Shown here piece after piece: positions 32,150 to 36,150 of a stretch of 36,150 nt of DNA; position 1 is the stretch's first letter; the number at the start of each line of letters is the position of its first letter. Below the pieces are notes generated by a model. It was not told where the DNA came from and searched no databases. It saw only the letters and a program-made list of their open reading frames with translations. The DNA comes from a bacterium (GTDB taxonomy: Bacteria; Patescibacteriota; Minisyncoccia; Minisyncoccales; PWPS01). Position numbers and translations under genes: made by a program. The DNA lies in assembly GCA_018400405.1 (NCBI GenBank), contig JAGYMX010000002.1, positions 1-36,150 of the forward strand, given 5' to 3'.

Positions 32150-35122
32150 ATGGCAGAAAAGAAAAAAGAAAATTTTAAAAATCCTTTTGTAGAAATGGAA
32201 GAAGGTGTCTTGGATTTTTGGGAGAAAAATAAGATTTTTGAAAAATCGCTAGAAAAGGATGCTCCCAACGGAGAGTATACTTTTTATGATGGTCCTCCTT
32301 TTGCCACAGGATTACCTCATTATGGGCACTTGGTAGCAAGTATTATGAAAGATGCTATTCCACGGTACTGGACGATGAAAGGTTATAGAGTAGAAAGAAG
32401 ATGGGGGTGGGATTGTCATGGTCTTCCCGTGGAAAATCTTGCGGAAAAAGAGATGGGTCTAAAAAACAAAAGAGACATTGAAGGCGTAGGGATAGAAAAA
32501 TTTAATAACTACTGTAAAAGTATTGTGCTTCGTTACGCCTTAGAGTGGAAGAAAACAATCAGAAGAATTGGACGCTGGGTTGATATGGAGAACGATTATA
32601 AAACAATGAACCTGGAATATACAGAGTCTATCTGGTGGGTATTTAAAAAACTTTGGGAAAAAAACTTGATATATAAGGATTACAAATCAATGCACATCTG
32701 TTCGCGGTGTGGGACAACACTTTCCAATTTTGAAGTGGGGATTGGGTATAAAGAAATAGAAGATTTTGCGGTTACGGTAAAATTTAAATTAAAAGAAGAA
32801 GATGCCTATATTTTGGCTTGGACAACAACTCCATGGACTCTTGTGGGCAATGTTGCACTTGCTGTTGGAGAAAATATTTCTTATGTGATTGTTTCTTTTA
32901 AAGGAGAAAGATATATTTTGGCAGAGGAAAATATAGAAGATATTTTTGAAGAGAAAGATATTAAAGTTGAGAAAAAAATAAAAGGGAAAGATCTTCTTGG
33001 GAAAACATACGAACCTCTTTTTAAATATTATTTTAAAGATGAAAAGTTAAAAGAAAGAGAAAACGGGTGGAAAATTTATGGAGGTAACTTTGTTACTGTA
33101 GAAGAAGGAACAGGCGTTGTTCATATTGCTCCTGCTTTTGGAGAAGATGATATGGAGATGAGGAAAAAATATAATCTTCCCTTTGTGCAACACATTGATA
33201 TGGATGGAAGGTTCAAAAAAGAAGTAAAAGAGTTTGCTGGATTAGAGGCAAAGCCAAAAGAAGATCACACAACAACCGATGAAAAGATAATTAGTTATTT
33301 AGAGAGAAAGGAAAAAGTTTTTAAAAAAGAGAAATATGTTCACAGTTATCCTCACTGTTGGCGTTGTGAAACTCCTCTTTTAAATTATGCCACAGAGTCG
33401 TGGTTTGTGAAGGTTACAAAGATTAAAAAAGATCTTTTAGAAAATAATAAGAAAGTAAACTGGGTTCCTGAACATGTAAAGATGGGAAGATTTGGAAAGT
33501 GGATAGAGCAGGCACGTGATTGGGCGATTAGCCGAAATCGCTACTGGGGCGCTCCCTTGCCCGTTTGGGAGTGTAAAAATAAAAACAAAGAAGGAAAGGA
33601 GTGTAAAAATGTAAAAGTCGTTGGATCTCTTGAAGAGCTAGAAGAACTTAGTGGAAAAAAGATAGAAGATTTACACCGTCCGTGGATTGATGATGTCGTT
33701 TTTTCTTGCGAAAAATGTGGAGGAGAGATGAGACGTGTTCCGGAGGTTTTGGACTGTTGGTTTGAATCTGGCTCAATGCCTTATGCGCAAGCAAACTACA
33801 CAGGAAATTCCTTAGAAAAATTTGATCCGGAAAAAGGGAAAAACTTTCCTGCTCAATTTGTTGCTGAAGGAATGGATCAGACCAGAGGATGGTTTTATAC
33901 TCTTATGGTTTTAAGCACAGCACTTTTTGATAAACCAGCATTTGAAAATGTTATTGTAAATGGGATTGTTCTTGCGCAAGACGGACAAAAGATGAGCAAA
34001 TCAAAAGGGAACTATCCCGATCCTGCTTTTGTTTTTGAAAAATTCGGTGTAGATGCTTTGCGAAACTATCTTTTAGCTTCTCCCGTCTTAATTGGAGAAA
34101 ATCTTAATTTTTCTGAGAAAGGAGTTTTAGAAGTGTTCCGAAAAAATATTATGCTTCTTTGGAATGTTGTAAAGTTTTATAAAATGTTTGCAGAAAAAGA
34201 AAATTATTTTGTAAAAGACGACAAAGAAAATGTTTCAAAAAGAGAAAATATTCTTGATAGATGGATCACTGCACGAATGGAGGAAACAGTAAAAAGAACA
34301 TCGGAAAGTTTTGAAAATTACAACATCCCTCCCGCATGTCAAGAGATAACATCTTTTATAGACGATCTTTCCACATGGTACATTAGAAGATCTAGGGAAA
34401 GATTTAAAGGAGAAAACAGAGAAGACGCAGAAGATGCTCTTCGGACAACAGGATTTGCTTTGTATCAGATAGCAAGGGTTTCTGCGCCAATAATGCCATT
34501 TATTGCGGAAAGTATTTTTCAAACCGTAACAGAGAAAAATTTTAAAGATGATGAAAGCTCTGTTCATCTTCTCTCATATCCAGAAACAAAAAGATCTTGT
34601 AATGAAAAACTGTTAAAAGAAATGCAAGAAGTGCGCGAGGTGGTTTCTTTGGGGCTAAAGAAAAGATCGGAGGCAGGAATTAAGGTGCGACAACCTCTTT
34701 CTCTTTTAACCGCCTTTTCTTTTAATATTGAAAAGTCAGAAGAGAGAGAAGCTCTTTCTTTCTTAATAAAAGAAGAGCTAAATGTAAAAAAAGTAATCTT
34801 TAAAAAAGGAAAAGAAAAAAATGTTGAGATTGACACAGAAATAACACCAGAGCTCAAAGAAGAAGGAAATATCCGTGAGATAACAAGGGTAATACAGAAT
34901 ATGAGAAAAGAGGCAGATCTTGTTCCTGAAGAAAAGATAACACTTTTTTTTGAAGGAAGATTTTTCAAAGAAGTGCTTTTTAATTGGAAAAGTTATTTTA
35001 AAAAAGAAGGAGGATTAAAAGAAATAAAAGAGATAGTAGACAAAATACCAGAAAATTTAGTTGCACAAAAAGAAGTAGAAGTTGATGGAAAAAAACTTTT
35101 TTTAGGGATTAAAAGGTTTTAA
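32150..35122 (+). CDS. ileS: Isoleucine--tRNA ligase (type 2)
   Basis: DGPPFATGLPHYGH, GWDCHGLPVE, WTTTPWTL, SRNRYWG.PLP, DQTRGWFY, KMSKS, IKVRQPL. Confidence 0.96.
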   Translation: MAEKKKENFKNPFVEMEEGVLDFWEKNKIFEKSLEKDAPNGEYTFYDGPPFATGLPHYGHLVASIMKDAIPRYWTMKGYRVERRWGWDCHGLPVENLAEKEMGLKNKRDIEGVGIEKFNNYCKSIVLRYALEWKKTIRRIGRWVDMENDYKTMNLEYTESIWWVFKKLWEKNLIYKDYKSMHICSRCGTTLSNFEVGIGYKEIEDFAVTVKFKLKEEDAYILAWTTTPWTLVGNVALAVGENISYVIVSFKGERYILAEENIEDIFEEKDIKVEKKIKGKDLLGKTYEPLFKYYFKDEKLKERENGWKIYGGNFVTVEEGTGVVHIAPAFGEDDMEMRKKYNLPFVQHIDMDGRFKKEVKEFAGLEAKPKEDHTTTDEKIISYLERKEKVFKKEKYVHSYPHCWRCETPLLNYATESWFVKVTKIKKDLLENNKKVNWVPEHVKMGRFGKWIEQARDWAISRNRYWGAPLPVWECKNKNKEGKECKNVKVVGSLEELEELSGKKIEDLHRPWIDDVVFSCEKCGGEMRRVPEVLDCWFESGSMPYAQANYTGNSLEKFDPEKGKNFPAQFVAEGMDQTRGWFYTLMVLSTALFDKPAFENVIVNGIVLAQDGQKMSKSKGNYPDPAFVFEKFGVDALRNYLLASPVLIGENLNFSEKGVLEVFRKNIMLLWNVVKFYKMFAEKENYFVKDDKENVSKRENILDRWITARMEETVKRTSESFENYNIPPACQEITSFIDDLSTWYIRRSRERFKGENREDAEDALRTTGFALYQIARVSAPIMPFIAESIFQTVTEKNFKDDESSVHLLSYPETKRSCNEKLLKEMQEVREVVSLGLKKRSEAGIKVRQPLSLLTAFSFNIEKSEEREALSFLIKEELNVKKVIFKKGKEKNVEIDTEITPELKEEGNIREITRVIQNMRKEADLVPEEKITLFFEGRFFKEVLFNWKSYFKKEGGLKEIKEIVDKIPENLVAQKEVEVDGKKLFLGIKRF

Positions 35123-35127
35123 AGCTT

Positions 35128-35835
35128 ATGTTTACGCACTACCGCACAGAAGGGGTTCTTCTCCAAAAAAAAATTCTTGGAGAAGGAGATGAGCTTCTTA
35201 TTTTTTATACTCGCGATTTTGGAAAGGTGACTGTTCTAGGAAAGTCTATAAAAAAGGGAAACTCAAAATTAAAAACACAGACAATGCTTTTTTCTCATGT
35301 GGAAATTAGTTTTATCCAAGGGAAAAACTACAATACGCTTACTGATGCAAAGACTTTAAACTTTTTTAAAAAATCAAGGAATATACTTGGAAAGCTTTCT
35401 CTTTTTTACCGAATTACGGAAACGATAGATTTTTTTATTCATGGAGAAGAAAAAGATGAGAAAATTTTTTCTTTTCTTTTAAGTTGTTTTAAAAAAATAG
35501 AACACTCAAGAATGGGAGAAAAAGAATTAAAACTTTTTTTCTGTTTCTTTTCATTTCGTTTACTTTATTTTTTGGGTTATAAGGTGTATATTGAAAAATG
35601 CGTATTTTGTAAAAAAAGGGTAAGTAGTGGATACTTTAATCCAAAAGAAGGAGGACTGGTTTGTGCGAAGTGTTTTAAAAAAGATCCTTTTGGAATTTAT
35701 CTTCAAGATACAGATATTTTAAAGTGTTTTTTTAAAAATGATTTTAGAAAAATTTTTTCGCAAGACTCAAAGTTATGTATGAACATCTTAGAAAGCTACT
35801 TTAATTTTTTGCCTCAAAAAAGTGTTTCTGTCTAA
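35128..35835 (+). CDS. recO: DNA repair protein RecO
   Basis: TEG..L.....GE.D......TR..GK, C-terminal CVFC...GGLVCAKC zinc finger. Confidence 0.9.
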   Translation: MFTHYRTEGVLLQKKILGEGDELLIFYTRDFGKVTVLGKSIKKGNSKLKTQTMLFSHVEISFIQGKNYNTLTDAKTLNFFKKSRNILGKLSLFYRITETIDFFIHGEEKDEKIFSFLLSCFKKIEHSRMGEKELKLFFCFFSFRLLYFLGYKVYIEKCVFCKKRVSSGYFNPKEGGLVCAKCFKKDPFGIYLQDTDILKCFFKNDFRKIFSQDSKLCMNILESYFNFLPQKSVSV

Positions 35836-35856
35836 AAATTTAAAAAACTCTATTTG

Positions 35857-35913
35857 GAGAATTAAAAATAAAATATGTTTAATTTAGAGAATTAAAAATA
35901 AAATATGTTTAAT
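35857..35913. repeat. Tandem 27-bp duplication (period 30) spanning a start codon
   Basis: gagaattaaaaataaaatatgtttaat at 35857-35883 and 35887-35913. Confidence 0.9.
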
Positions 35914-36150
35914 GACAAAAATTTAAAAAAAATAATTTTAGTTCTTATTGGGCTTATTATTCTTACTGGAGCCTTAGGATATTTTTATTATAAAAGAAAT
36001 GTTTTTGGTCAAGACAAACTTCGTTTTGAAATTACAGCCCCAGAAACTGTAAAAATGGGAGAAGAGGTAGAGTATATACTGCGCTATAAAAACAATAGCG
36101 ATGTTCGTTTAGAAGAGACTTCCAGTTTTTCATGGACAAACCGAGACTTA
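35905..36150 (+). CDS. Partial membrane-anchored protein with probable Ig-like domain (runs off window end)
   Basis: Manual translation MFNDKNLKKIILVLIGLIILTGALGYFYYKRNVFGQDKLRFEITAPETVKMGEEVEYILRYKNNS...; no stop before the end. Confidence 0.75.
   Translation, partial: MFNDKNLKKIILVLIGLIILTGALGYFYYKRNVFGQDKLRFEITAPETVKMGEEVEYILRYKNNSDVRLEETSSFSWTNRDL

Noticed and set aside
32150..35122. IleRS2 as an acquired mupirocin-resistance gene
   Set aside because: It sits in a housekeeping argS-ileS-recO run with host-like composition; type 2 IleRS is widespread as the sole enzyme.
1..36150. Alternative genetic code (UGA recoding as in Gracilibacteria/Absconditabacteria)
   Set aside because: Core genes translate full length under code 11, Trp is encoded by TGG, and infC ends at a TGA overlapping the rpmI ATG.

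Overview
AT-rich bacterial chromosomal segment. Gene content and style (pilin with a GLVPCG..C..C motif, rpsO-NYN-pnp, stand-alone 5'-3' exonuclease, 'NEDPY' MurE, single-domain receivers, few obvious Shine-Dalgarno sites) suggest Patescibacteria/CPR, probably Parcubacteria; this is an inference. Most genes are housekeeping: pnp, rpsO, cca, tyrS, nusA, clpP, rny, mutM, holA, rpsT, ruvA, murE, infC-rpmI-rplT, ssrA-smpB, argS, ileS, recO, plus six tRNAs without encoded CCA. Three items stand out. (1) A fully cytoplasmic signalling island between the 5'-3' exonuclease and mutM: four tandem paralogous ~200-aa V4R/H-NOX-like proteins, a PAS-coiled-coil protein, a PAS-PAS histidine kinase and two receivers without output domains. 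(2) A head-to-head pair of an Elp3-type radical SAM/acetyltransferase and a Trm9/ALKBH8-like methyltransferase with likely start codons 3 nt apart, suggesting a eukaryote/archaea-like mcm5U34 tRNA pathway. (3) An unannotated ~245-nt structured RNA (6S-like) with its own promoter upstream of rny. All calls come from reading motifs by eye; no database searches were run.
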